A stretch of DNA of 63,671 nucleotides, the filler included, from Thraustochytrium aureum (taxonomy: Eukaryota), in assembly GCA_012862495.1 (NCBI GenBank). It is 6 parts of 6 records of this genome, joined end to end, with 100 filler letters (N's around TTAATTAATTAA, not from the genome) between each part and the next. Parts side by side here need not be neighbours in the genome. Positions count along the whole stretch, not along the records: positions 26,494 to 56,715 come from BLSG01000305.1; positions 56,816 to 59,429 come from BLSG01000306.1; positions 59,530 to 62,320 come from BLSG01000309.1; 3 more parts are not named here. The stretch is one strand, 5' to 3'. Position numbers and translations under genes: made by a program. The notes beneath the pieces were generated by a model, which did no database searches, had not been told where the DNA came from, and was given only the letters and a program-made list of their open reading frames with translations. Positions 49,298-60,588 of the stretch are shown in pieces (positions within the stretch are counted from its first letter, which is position 1; each line of letters starts with the position of its first letter).

Positions 49298-50391
49298 ATG
49301 GACGCGCTCAGGGCTCGGCTGGCGGAGGTGGACGGGTCGGAGGCGCACGTGGTGGGCATCTCGAAGGCGGCCCTCGTGCTGCCGAAGAGCGAGTACGGCA
49401 CGTTCGCCAAGGTAAGTTGCGGATGGCGGGGAGGCCGAGCGGGGAGGGCGCCTGCAAAGGCTGACTTGCTTGTTGGGGTTTGCGCAGGCGTGGCTCGAGG
49501 TCCTCCAGCAGCGCCAAGAGAAGATGCTAGAGTACATGTACGTGGCCAACGATGTGGTTCAAAAGGCCAAGGCAAAAAAGTTGCCCGGGCTCGCCGACGA
49601 GTTCGCCCTAGTGCTCCCGGCCGCGATGAAGGTCATGACCGACGAGGAAAAACGGCCCAAGATCCTTCGCGTCCTGGGAATCTGGGAGGAGCGCGGCGTG
49701 TACAAGGCGAGCATGATTCGAACTCTCAAGAGAGCGATAGGGCGCGCGAGCGCTGCCACCTCTTCGCGCGTGCTTTCCGACCTGTTCGGGGGCGATGCCG
49801 ATGATGACGATGAAGGCGACGCCGCATTCGGCACCCGTGGCGGTGGCGGCAAGAGCGATGACGACGACGATGATGAAGATGACGAGGAGGAGGAGGAGGC
49901 CGCTGGCACTTTGCGAGGCCCTGCGGGCCAGATGCTGCAGCGCCAAGACTCGACCGTATCGGTAAATGAGGTTCCGGTGGCGCGGCTCTTGAGCGTAACC
50001 AAGGCCAAGGTTCACGCCTTACAAAGCAGCGCCCCAAACCTTGAGGCGCGCCTGGAAACGGCAATGCGAGCGCTGGAAGGGCTGGGCCCCAAACGCGACG
50101 ATGGCGGCGTCAGCGGCGCAGAGCTCGATCTCGCCTCGCTTTCGGACCAGGAACTCGAGCAACGGCTTGAGGAGATGCGCGGGCTTTTGCGCGAGAGCCT
50201 GGAGCAGGACTTGCTCGCAAAAGAGTGCATTGCCCTCGAGGGCGGCTTGATCACTGCCCTGGAGGGCAGGCTCGACCAAACAGCCTCCCAGCTGGAAACG
50301 TATGAAGCACGGACGGCGTTGTGCGAGGATCTCAAGGCACGGCTGGGACGCATCAAACAAGTCCACCCCGACTCGGAGGCGATCCAAACCG
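49298..50391 (+). CDS. CID (RNA Pol II CTD-interacting domain) protein, RPRD1/Rtt103-like; intron 49412-49487; 3' end in N gap
   Basis: YMYVANDVVQ and ILRVLGIWEERGVY CID motifs; the GTAAGT...GCAG intron keeps the frame; acidic linker then coiled coil. Confidence 0.82.
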
Positions 50392-51095
50392 NNNNNNNNN
50401 NNNNNNNNNNNNNNNNNNNNNNNNNNNNNNNNNNNNNNNNNNNNNNNNNNNNNNNNNNNNNNNNNNNNNNNNNNNNNNNNNNNNNNNNNNNNNNNNNNNN
50501 NNNNNNNNNNNNNNNNNNNNNNNNNNNNNNNNNNNNNNNNNNNNNNNNNNNNNNNNNNNNNNNNNNNNNNNNNNNNNNNNNNNNNNNNNNNNNNNNNNNN
50601 NNNNNNNNNNNNNNNNNNNNNNNNNNNNNNNNNNNNNNNNNNNNNNNNNNNNNNNNNNNNNNNNNNNNNNNNNNNNNNNNNNNNNNNNNNNNNNNNNNNN
50701 NNNNNNNNNNNNNNNNNNNNNNNNNNNNNNNNNNNNNNNNNNNNNNNNNNNNNNNNNNNNNNNNNNNNNNNNNNNNNNNNNNNNNNNNNNNNNNNNNNNN
50801 NNNNNNNNNNNNNNNNNNNNNNNNNNNNNNNNNNNNNNNNNNNNNNNNNNNNNNNNNNNNNNNNNNNNNNNNNNNNNNNNNNNNNNNNNNNNNNNNNNNN
50901 NNNNNNNNNNNNNNNNNNNNNNNNNNNNNNNNNNNNNNNNNNNNNNNNNNNNNNNNNNNNNNNNNNNNNNNNNNNNNNNNNNNNNNNNNNNNNNNNNNNN
51001 NNNNNNNNNNNNNNNNNNNNNNNNNNNNNNNNNNNNNNNNNNNNNNNNNNNNNNNNNTGATTCAGAAAGGAACAGGACCACTTCGCTTGTCTTGC

Positions 51096-53726
51096 TCAGA
51101 GTATCTCCGGGTTGACGAGGCTGAGTGGTCGAACGGTGCGCAAGACATTGGCGATCGCTTCCCGAAGAGAGGTCGCGTTCGCGTCGTCTTGCATGCGGTG
51201 AACGCTTGCCTCGTCATAAATGCCAGCGGCCATGAGGCAGTTCTCCAAATAGACGTGCGTGACCTGATCCTTGGCTAGCGTGATGTCCGGCGACTCTGAG
51301 GCCTCATCGGCGCGGATAAAAGCGCACTTGATCTTGGTATCGGGCGCTCCCTCGTCCTCCTGAAACAGGACCGTCCGCGGAAGGTGCGGGACCGGGTCGG
51401 CTTCCTCCACAATGTCCTCTTTTGCTTCCTCTTCTTGCTGTGCAATCCGTGCTGCTTCTTCAGCTTCGGCGGCCTCGCGAGCGGCGGCGTCCTTGTCCTT
51501 GCCCTTCTTACCCCCTTTGCGCTTCTTCTTGCTTGGGGTACTCGTGTCGGTGCGCGTGGTGGGCGGCGCCTCTCCTTCGTCCTTGCCTTCTTCGCCGGCC
51601 TTGTCCTCCTCAATGCGGTCTGGCGAGCCGTCCTCGCTGGCGCCTTTCTCCTCCTCGGTTTTGGCCTCACCGGCCTCCGGCCCTTCGCCCTCCTCCTTGG
51701 ATTCTGGAGTGGCACCGTCTGCATCACCGGCCTCGTGGTTGTTTTCGTTGTTGGATTCTTGGGCAGCGACGCTCTGTCGGTCCGGCTCGTGGAGGCGCTC
51801 ACGCGGCGGTGCGTGCTCCCGCATCAGCGCTGTGACATCAAAGGCCTCGTGCGGGGAGCGGCTCGCCTTGTATATCATTGTGCAGCACTTGTCGGCTCCG
51901 AGGGCCTGATTCCACCTGCTTGATACCGCCGAGAAGGACGCCGCCACTGCGGCGCTCAACTCGGCGTACACGTGCTCTTCGAGCTTGTGGTTCTTGAGGC
52001 GTAGGCGGCCGCCGAGGAGCGAGGAGGCGTTCTCGCGGTCGGAAATCGGCGCCTGCAGGTTGATACCGCGATGTGCGAGCTGGGCAAAGAGCTGCGCGGC
52101 CGGCATTTGGACGCCCCTGAGGCCGTCGAATTCCGGTTCGATCGGCTCGAGGAGCGTGCAGAGCGCCGACGAGCGAATTTCAATCCTGATAAGCCACAAG
52201 TCCGTTTTCAGGACAAGTTGCGCTCCTTCGATGATTTGGTCTGCCGCCTCGCCCTCGCGCGCCGAGAGGTCCTCCTCCTCTGCAGGGTCGGCCTCCTCGG
52301 CTGCAGGATTAACGGCATGCCTCTCGGCGATGTCTGCGCGCGAGAGCGGCTTGAGAGCCCAGAACCGGATGGGGAGGTCCACGCACCGGCGCTGGAGCAC
52401 GGCTAGCGCGGTGAGTCGCGTGGTGGAGAAGTTGACGACGCGCGAGCGCGGATCAAACAGCACTTCGGAAATGCCCTCTTCTGTCCACCGGCCAAGGGCA
52501 GGGTCCCAGGCGCCGATGCGCAGCGCGGCGACGTCCTTGAAACCGTCTTGCTGTCCGGCCAACGCCTCGCCGACGGCTTCGGCCTCGTCCTGGTCCGCAC
52601 CCTCCACCAGTACGCCAAGGTGGCAGTGGTCGCCGTAGACGTCGCGGACGACGACGTCTCGTGGGAGCTTGAACTTTACTGCGACGGAGACTGACGCTGC
52701 GCCGCCGGCGTCGGGCGACCCAGGAGCGGCGCCCGTGTCCGCGCCAGAGTTGAAGTTGAGCCGTTCGACCCTGCCTTCTACTGCGGCGTTGATCGGGCGC
52801 ATGTTCCAGCCCTTGATCGCTTTGGCGGGAGGCGGGAGCTTGAGTGCCTCGAGGAAGAAGCACCCGCCAACCGCGGTGTCATAGTCAGCCAACTCGCCGG
52901 GGGCGAGGCTCGGCGAGCGAGGAGGAGGGGCGGTTATGGTATCGTTGCGAACCTGCAAGACGCGAACCGCGATGTTTTGGAGGGCCAGGGTCTTTGGGAT
53001 TTCCGCTATGATGGAAACTCCAGGAAAGTCGATGATCTTCATGCGGAAGCCCTTGGAGGCCAGGTTGACCCACACTCCCGTTTTCAAGTTGGCGGACTGG
53101 TGGCCTTGTAGGACTTCCATTTTCGGCGTGACGTAGTCCTCGGCGTGTGCGAGAATGTGCGCGGTGGCTGCGTCAACGCGCCGCACTTGGGTTTGAAAGA
53201 TTTGGAACGCGCTCTGCTGGCACTGTAGGACGCGGTCGGCCTGGCTGAGTGCGGCGTGTTCGGCTGACTTTGCGGCAAAGGCCTCTATCACCTGCTGGAG
53301 CTCTTCGCACTGCGCGAGCACGTCGGCCATGTTCTTCTGGTCTGCCCCGGCGATTGTCTCAAGGTAGGTGTTGAGATCTGCTTGCGAGTCTGCCGAGGGA
53401 AGCGCGCTGCACCGCACAAAGTTGTCCCACTCCATTTCCTTGTCCCGATTCCACAAGAACGCGTCCCGCTGCCTTTGCCTCCGCTCCGCGAGCGCCCTGG
53501 TCTGCGCGGCCTCGTCGGCGAGCCTCTCGAGTTCCTCGCCGCGCAGCCGTTCCCTTTCGAGCCGTTCATTCTCCTCCTGTTCCGCCTTTCGCGCCTCCTC
53601 CTCGACGCGCCGTTTCTCCTCCTCTTCCTCCCTCTTGCGCTCTTCCTCCTCGGCGAGCAGCCGTTCAGCCTCGAGCTCCTCCTTGGACTTCTTCTTCTTC
53701 TTGCCGCCGGCGCTCTTCTTGGCCAT
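51096..53726 (-). CDS. DNAI7: CASC1/DNAI7 (IC97/CFAP94) axonemal dynein-associated protein
   Basis: K/E-rich N-terminus followed by WDNFVRCSALP...LNTYL, then AVGGCFFLEALKLPPPAKAIKGW and WTEEGISEV.F...F.TT.L..LAVLQ...DLP..FW.L.P. Confidence 0.8.
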   Translation of the reverse strand: MAKKSAGGKKKKKSKEELEAERLLAEEEERKREEEEEKRRVEEEARKAEQEENERLERERLRGEELERLADEAAQTRALAERRQRQRDAFLWNRDKEMEWDNFVRCSALPSADSQADLNTYLETIAGADQKNMADVLAQCEELQQVIEAFAAKSAEHAALSQADRVLQCQQSAFQIFQTQVRRVDAATAHILAHAEDYVTPKMEVLQGHQSANLKTGVWVNLASKGFRMKIIDFPGVSIIAEIPKTLALQNIAVRVLQVRNDTITAPPPRSPSLAPGELADYDTAVGGCFFLEALKLPPPAKAIKGWNMRPINAAVEGRVERLNFNSGADTGAAPGSPDAGGAASVSVAVKFKLPRDVVVRDVYGDHCHLGVLVEGADQDEAEAVGEALAGQQDGFKDVAALRIGAWDPALGRWTEEGISEVLFDPRSRVVNFSTTRLTALAVLQRRCVDLPIRFWALKPLSRADIAERHAVNPAAEEADPAEEEDLSAREGEAADQIIEGAQLVLKTDLWLIRIEIRSSALCTLLEPIEPEFDGLRGVQMPAAQLFAQLAHRGINLQAPISDRENASSLLGGRLRLKNHKLEEHVYAELSAAVAASFSAVSSRWNQALGADKCCTMIYKASRSPHEAFDVTALMREHAPPRERLHEPDRQSVAAQESNNENNHEAGDADGATPESKEEGEGPEAGEAKTEEEKGASEDGSPDRIEEDKAGEEGKDEGEAPPTTRTDTSTPSKKKRKGGKKGKDKDAAAREAAEAEEAARIAQQEEEAKEDIVEEADPVPHLPRTVLFQEDEGAPDTKIKCAFIRADEASESPDITLAKDQVTHVYLENCLMAAGIYDEASVHRMQDDANATSLREAIANVLRTVRPLSLVNPEIL

Positions 53727-53792
53727 CCTGCCCGCCAGCCCAACGCCGCCGACGCGCAAGCAGCAGACCCCAAACTAGAACGGGCTTGCAAC

Positions 53793-53831
53793 GCCTCTGC
53801 CTCTGCCTCTGCCTCTGCCTCTGCCGATGCC

Positions 53832-53863
<32 letters not shown>
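53793..53863. repeat. (GCCTCT)n and (GCT)n microsatellites upstream of DNAI7
   Basis: gcctctgcctctgcctct... followed by gctgctgct... Confidence 0.9.
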
Positions 53864-55720
53864 GTAGGCGCCTGCGCGCGCCCGGCGCCTTCCGGGTCTG
53901 CCTGAGCGCCTGCTCTGCCATCCCAATGCCGTTAGCGAACAGCACCGATCAAACAGGCTTCCTCGCGTCACGCAGCGCCCCTGGTGCGTCACCCCAGACG
54001 TGAGCACGTCACGCGCCGGGTGCTCTCGAATGATCAAANNNNNNNNNNNNNNNNNNNNNNNNNNNNNNNNNNNNNNNNNNNNNNNNNNNNNNNNNNNNNN
54101 NNNNNNNNNNNNNNNNNNNNNNNNNNNNNNNNNNNNNNNNNNNNNNNNNNNNNNNNNNNNNNNNNNNNNNNNNNNNNNNNNNNNNNNNNNNNNNNNNNNN
54201 NNNNNNNNNNNNNNNNNNNNNNNNNNNNNNNNNNNNNNNNNNNNNNNNNNNNNNNNNNNNNNNNNNNNNNNNNNNNNNNNNNNNNNNNNNNNNNNNNNNN
54301 NNNNNNNNNNNNNNNNNNNNNNNNNNNNNNNNNNNNNNNNNNNNNNNNNNNNNNNNNNNNNNNNNNNNNNNNNNNNNNNNNNNNNNNNNNNNNNNNNNNN
54401 NNNNNNNNNNNNNNNNNNNNNNNNNNNNNNNNNNNNNNNNNNNNNNNNNNNNNNNNNNNNNNNNNNNNNNNNNNNNNNNNNNNNNNNNNNNNNNNNNNNN
54501 NNNNNNNNNNNNNNNNNNNNNNNNNNNNNNNNNNNNNNNNNNNNNNNNNNNNNNNNNNNNNNNNNNNNNNNNNNNNNNNNNNNNNNNNNNNNNNNNNNNN
54601 NNNNNNNNNNNNNNNNNNNNNNNNNNNNNNNNNNNNNNNNNNNNNNNNNNNNNNNNNNNNNNNNNNNNNNNNNNNNNNNNNNNNNNNNNNNNNNNNNNNN
54701 NNNNNNNNNNNNNNNNNNNNNNNNNNNNNNNNNNNNNNNNNNNNNNNNNNNNNNNNNNNNNNNNNNNNNNNNNNNNNNNNNNNNNNNNNNNNNNNNNNNN
54801 NNNNNNNNNNNNNNNNNNNNNNNNNNNNNNNNNNNNNNNNNNNNNNNNNNNNNNNNNNNNNNNNNNNNNNNNNNNNNNNNNNNNNNNNNNNNNNNNNCGC
54901 CCGCGCGGTAACTGCCACAGTATGGCCCAAATTTGAACGCGCTTCTACCCTTCCGCACCCCCTCCGCGACCGCCGCTCGCGCAGTCAACGCTGCAAAGTG
55001 CATGGGCGACGAACGCCTGCGCGGCTTGCTTCCCTGCCTGCCTCGTTGCCCGCCTGCCTGCCTGCCTGCCTGCCTGCGCCCACCCAGCAGGCACAGAAAC
55101 GCCCGCAGCGCAGCGCGCACCAGCATGCAGCCATGCCGAATCAGCGCGGCCCCAGCGGCCCGTCCCGCAGCCGCCGCATCCAGCATGGCCATCAGCAGGG
55201 CAAAGACAACACAACAAAACCAAACAAAAACAAAACCCTCGACAATCCTCGAACCCAGCCCAGCAGCCCAAACCTGCACGGCGCGTCGCGAGGGTCTCCC
55301 ACAAGATCCGGGCCGCACATAAGGTAAATTCCTTGACGATACGCGGGGTTTGGTGGGAGCTGCGCCACAGCGCGCACGGCGCCACCAGCAATGTGTCACA
55401 GACGACGCGCGAAAGAGTGCCAAAAGCGCTCGAAACCGTCGCGACGCCAAGGCGTCCGGAGCGCCCAAGACGAGCAGGATCGAGGCGCGCGATAGCGACG
55501 ACAGCGCCGGGACCGAGCTGGCCGCGCTCGCGCTGGTGTTCTGGCGGCGCGCAAGATACTATCGAACGCGGTCGAGGTCGGGCTCGGCGAAGTGCTCGAG
55601 TGGCGCGCGCGCTCGCTCGATCGATCGCGGCTGTGCCGGCGTGCATTGGTTGATCAGTCGCTGGGCATCAGCCGGAGGAGCTCGTGCTGCTGTGAAACGC
55701 TGTTGAGAAGCGCTGCGAAA

Positions 55721-56715
55721 ATGGAGGGCGGCCGAGGCGAAAGCGCGGGCGCGCAGGGCGGCAGCACTGGGTCGCAGCTCGCAAGGGCAAACTCGAGGCA
55801 GGCTGTCGTCAGGAGGCAGCAGGAGCTGATTTTGGAAGAGCTGAGGAAGGAGGCGAGCAGCGCCACCGCTGAGCTCGGGGAGACAAAGTTGCCGATCACG
55901 GACTCGACCGGCCGCACGTCGCAGGAAGGCGCGTACAAAGTCGAGGAGTCGGCAACACACGTCACGAAAATCCGCCAAGACTCGACCGAGGACATCGCCA
56001 AGACGCGCTTCAAGCAGTTGTTCAGCGGCGGCGGCGCTGGCGCCATCACCAAAACCGCGGTGGCGCCGCTTGAGCGCGTCAAGATCCTGCTGCAGATCCA
56101 GGGCATGATGCAAAAGGAAAAGGCCAACTTCAAGTACAAGGGAATTATGGGCACCATGCGGACGGTGGTGAAAGAAGAGGGCTTTCTCTCCCTGTACAAG
56201 GGCAACGGCGCCAACGTGCTGCGCGTCGTTCCAGTCTACGCGCTCAAATTCGCCTTCAACGACACCTTCAAGGACATGGTTCGCACCGAAGGCGAGGACC
56301 TCTCATTTTTGCAGCTCATTGCCGCCGGGACGATGGCGGGCCTCTTCCAGACCTGCGTCACGTACCCGCTCGAGACGGTGCGCACGCGGCTGACCCTTGG
56401 CATCAGCATGGGCGTCCAGTACAACGGCATCTTTGACGTTTTCCGCCAGACTGTCCGCCAAGAAGGGTTCTCGGGGCTCTACAAGGGCATCGGGCCCACG
56501 TTTGTGTCTGGCTCGCCCTACGTGGGCCTGCAGATGACCTTTTACGAGATTTTCAAGCGCAAGCTGGAGCGGCGCAAGTCTGACTCCGGCCCGATGATGA
56601 AGCAGGTCGAGCGCCTGTCTGCGGGGGCGGCTGCAGGAGTCATCGCGCAGACGCTCACCTACCCTGGCGACACTATCCGTCGCCGAATGCAGATGAACGG
56701 CGTTGGCGGCAAAGA
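55721..56715 (+). CDS. Mitochondrial carrier (SLC25; adenine-nucleotide/CoA carrier-like), 3'-truncated
   Basis: Three PX[DE]XX[KR]X[KR] motifs: PLERVKILLQ, PLETVRTRL, PGDTIRRRMQ; also LYKGNGANVLRV. Confidence 0.93.
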
Positions 56716-56815
56716 NNNNNNNNNNNNNNNNNNNNNNNNNNNNNNNNNNNNNNNNNNNNTTAATTAATTAANNNNNNNNNNNNNNNNNNNNNNNNNNNNN
56801 NNNNNNNNNNNNNNN
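56716..56815. other. Artificial scaffold-joining linker
   Basis: 44 N + TTAATTAATTAA + 44 N. Confidence 0.97.
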
Positions 56816-56816
56816 C

Positions 56817-58294
56817 GCAGGAGCTCCAAATCAAAGACAAGCGTGGCGAATTTCCCGTTCCACCCGATGCGCGTGCGCGAGATCAGCCACACCACGTTGA
56901 TGCAGGTGTTCGAAAAGCTCGGATTTCTGGAGCAGCTGAAGAGCGTGACGGTAGAAGAGAGACTGGCGCGTCTTTTGCATGTCGACGGGCTCAAGAGCGA
57001 CGGCGGAAGCTCGGCCAACAAGGTCGGGACCTTGGCTTTTGTCATGGACGATCTCTGGAGCGTTTACGGCTTTTGCCATCGACAACGCGCCCTGGGGTCC
57101 AACACCCGGCCATGGGCAGTGTCCGGTGCAGAGGTCCCGCTGGTTGCCAAGATGGACATCACCGTCGAAGAGCGATCTGTCGAGGGCAGCGAGGTCGGGG
57201 AGCTGGTGATTGTGGGCGAGATCAAGACGAAAAGCTACACCCAGACCAACCTGGGGAAGAAGTACTGCGACCACACTTGCAAGGCAGGCAAGGAGGAGAA
57301 GGGGCCGAAAGGAAAGACAGGCAAGGCGAAGGCGCAGTAAGGTGAGCCGTGCGACAAGGAGAGACACAAGGACGTCTCGGTCGTGCGCCAGCTGTACAAC
57401 TACATGGTCCTTAGCGGGGTACTGTTCGGCCTCTACAGCAACCATAGCAACTGGGCCGGCTTTATCCGCGACTGCTCGGGCAACCTCGTCATCACGCCGT
57501 GCTTGACATGCGACGCAGAGCAGCCCTACACTGTGCCGCAGTTCCTGGTGCTCTTTTACATGCTCGCAAGAGGACAGACTTTGCCCGCGGAGCTCGTTGA
57601 AGAGGCCGGCGGCATCCTGGTGCACTGCGACGACGCGACCAAGTGCACGCCAAGTGGCAGCGGGGCGGCGAAGGAGCCAAAGGCACAGTGCCACGCAGAG
57701 CCGCAAGAAAAGCCCGCCGGCGCTTCCGGTCGGTCCAAGCGAGCCAGCTTTTGCATCGACGGCGACGGCAGCCAGTTGTCGGTGCAGCACCTCGACTTTA
57801 CGTCGGCTGTGCAGCGCGGGCGCACGGGCTTTGCGCGGCGCGCCTCTCTGGGGCGCCACGAGGCAGTGGTCAAGATTGCAGATGTGTTCAAGAAGCCGGA
57901 GCTGGAGGATGAGTTGCTGCACGAAGCCAAAGTGTACGAGCGCCTCGCGCCGCTGCAGGGCTCTGCGGTGCCCCGCCTTTTGGCGCACGGCGCGTTTAGC
58001 GAGGGGATCTTCTTTGGGCTTGCGACCGAGGACTGCGGGGAGAGCGCCGAGTCGTTCGAGCCGGACGCCGCCTTTCGCACGCGAGCGCTGGAGGCTCTGC
58101 GGGAGGTGCACAAGTACGGCGTGCTGCACGGGGACGTCAAGCGGGGCAACGTGCTGCGGGCGCCCGATGGGCGAGCGGTGATCATCGACTTTGGCATGGC
58201 CAAGCTGGGAGACCGAGCGGCGCTGTGGCAGGAGCAGGAGCGCGAGCTCGCCGAACTCGACATGGCGCTGCGGAGCAACAGAGAGTGCGATTAA
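56817..58294 (+). pseudogene. Crinkler-type PD-(D/E)xK nuclease-like + protein kinase ORF with one in-frame TAA (57338-57340); 5'-truncated
   Basis: ORFs 56843..57340 and 57383..58294 share a frame. KMDI...VIVGEIKT and RQLYNYMVLSGVLFGLYSN precede a kinase (AVVKIAD, LLHEAKVY..L..LQG..VPRL..HG, HKYGVLHGDVKRGNVL, IIDFG). Confidence 0.7.
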
Positions 58295-59101
58295 TTGCAA
58301 AACGAACAGTGACTTTCTAAGGTGTTGTCCGGCTTCGGCAAAGTGGTATTGTTCGTTGGAGCGAGGCGTCTTCTGACGCGGGCGGTGGCACCGGCGACGG
58401 CGCGCCATGTAGCCTGTTGGCGTTGCAGATGCTACGATCAAACTCGTGCAGTTTGGGACTTGGTCTTTTCTTCCCTCAAGCCTAGTCTCCGCGCAGCTGT
58501 CCAGCAGATCTATGCCGAGCAACGTTGGTGCCTTGGCCGTGACTCCCAAACGCCCTGCGGCGTTTTTTAAACTGCAGTCGACGAGGCCAATAGCAGCCAA
58601 CAAAAGCCATGTGGTCGACTCGTCGGCCTGCGGGCAGATGCCTCCTGGTCTTTGACGCGCCGAGCCACCAGTCCGCCTGACAGCCGGTCGTTGCTTACGA
58701 TCTCGACAGCCGGTGGCACGGTTTGTTCTTCGCTAGCTGATCTTCTGGCTCTTGCTAGGCTAGAGCTATAGGCGGCTCAGCGAGGAGACGCACCACGAGC
58801 GCGAAGAGGAGGCCAACGGCTTCGGCAAAGCTCTCTTCCGTGGCCAGCAGGACCCCCTCGTCGGCGATCATCTCCAGCTGAGCGCCACGCCGGTGGTTCG
58901 TGAACACGTCCCATTTCTTTGGCACCGCCTCGTCGATGCCCAGGACTTTTCTGAACCGAGACGATATTATAAAGCTGCCTTCGTGGCACGGCGAGACGCC
59001 CCTGCTGGTGCTGTCCAACCTCTAGAGGTCAGGCAGCATTGCCCATCAAAGCATGTGGCGAGACCAACAAGGCCCGCGCATCCCTTCTCGGTTATTTGTT
59101 G

Positions 59102-59429
59102 TCATTGCGCGCTCCGCTGAACGAGCTCCAGCACACACAGCTGGTGCGATCTGTCAAAAACAGCCACAACCGACCCGTTCGCTGCTGCCACGCTGCTCGC
59201 GATAGCGGAGTCGCAAGTGAAGCCCGCCGAGCGGGTGGCTTCGACCCCGCTAACCACGGACACCGTTCCGCCGTTCGCTAGCGCCGGCATTCGCAGCTCC
59301 CGCTGCGCCAGGACCGCCGCCACGTCCGGGGCTTCAATCAACTCGCCTGTCGCCGGCGACCACGCGAGTACGCGGCCACTAAAGTCCTGCGATATGATGC
59401 GCTCGCCGTCAACCGAGAGGGCCACGGCC
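59102..59429 (-). CDS. C-terminal fragment of a WD40-repeat protein
   Basis: AVALSVDGERIISQDFSGRVLAW and terminal VVAVFDRSHQLCVLEL blades. Confidence 0.55.
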
Positions 59430-59529
59430 NNNNNNNNNNNNNNNNNNNNNNNNNNNNNNNNNNNNNNNNNNNNTTAATTAATTAANNNNNNNNNNNNNNN
59501 NNNNNNNNNNNNNNNNNNNNNNNNNNNNN
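59430..59529. other. Artificial scaffold-joining linker
   Basis: 44 N + TTAATTAATTAA + 44 N. Confidence 0.97.
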
Positions 59530-59530
59530 C

Positions 59531-60106
59531 GTCAGCTATTGCTTTCGATCTTCCGATGACTTCAGGGGCAGGCAGGCTTTCGAAAAGGAGTTTGTTCGTT
59601 GCGTCGAGGGCCTGGCGGCGCAAAGGGGTTCAAGACCTTCGCCAAAGGGGGAGCCTGGGACAGCGAACGGGAGGATTGTTGTGGGCTACGACAAGAACAT
59701 CCCCAACGTCGATGGTTTGCGTCGGCTCTTGATGCTCCTTAAACCGATTTCCGAGCGTTTTGACATACGCATGTTGGCTGTTGTGCCTGGCCAGCTTAAC
59801 CATGACGCTTTCTGGAATAGAGTCAAGACGCGAAATCCGAACGCTCACATCGGGCTGGCCATCGGCCCCAAACTCCAAGAGAAAGAGGCTTACAACATTT
59901 TTCGCAATTTCTTCTTCGATGAATGCGAAGGCTTCCAGAACGCCGCCTCAAACGCGCCATTCTCTATCGTGACCGACGCGTTCCTCAGCCAAGATACGCC
60001 CGACAACCCCCACCCGCTGGCACTTTTCACGGGCGAGTTGGCCGAGAAGCTAATTGCCAACGCGCTCGGAACACCTTTCAAAGATGTCGTCGAGTGGACA
60101 ACCTAA
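59531..60106 (+). CDS. 3' part of a P-loop polynucleotide-kinase-like protein (tRNA ligase Trl1 kinase-like)
   Basis: Frame is open from 59531: SSDDF...IVVGYDKNIPN...RVKTRNPNAHIGL resembles the SsD / DKN.P / RV..R..H motifs. The Walker A would lie beyond the scaffold start. Confidence 0.45.
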   Translation, partial: VSYCFRSSDDFRGRQAFEKEFVRCVEGLAAQRGSRPSPKGEPGTANGRIVVGYDKNIPNVDGLRRLLMLLKPISERFDIRMLAVVPGQLNHDAFWNRVKTRNPNAHIGLAIGPKLQEKEAYNIFRNFFFDECEGFQNAASNAPFSIVTDAFLSQDTPDNPHPLALFTGELAEKLIANALGTPFKDVVEWTT

Positions 60107-60588
60107 CTCTCTCTTTTTCGCTTCGGATACCCAAAGAACACAATTTGATTTGGTTAAATTTTCTTTTGTTTATTTGTCTCTCATTGTACTTGCGCCTCTT
60201 AAACAACGACGAGTTCACCCGTGGGCTCCCCACCGAAGGTTCAATAAGTGGGGTTAGAGTCCATTTACCAGACCCAGTAGCTGGTCAATCGTGGGGTCAT
60301 CGTTTGCGAGGTGTCAAAAGGATTTGGTCAACTCGGGTGATTTGTAATGTATAAGTTCTATGAGAGCGGCGGGGAGGGCCCCCCCACGGTACAACCAAGC
60401 TGCAGTGGTGGCCCCCCCACGTTACAACCACGTTGTGGAGGTGCCCCTCCCCACGTCCTCTTTGGATTTTTGGAAAAACAAAAGAGAAAAAAGCTCCAGG
60501 AAAAATCAAAAATCAAAAAGCAAAAAGGGACGAACTAAATGAAACATTATTGGTAGTATCACAAAGCTTTCTAGAGAATGCTATATTG

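Noticed and set aside
53984..55468. Very long ORFs spanning N runs
   Set aside because: Their length is an artefact of translating N gaps as X.
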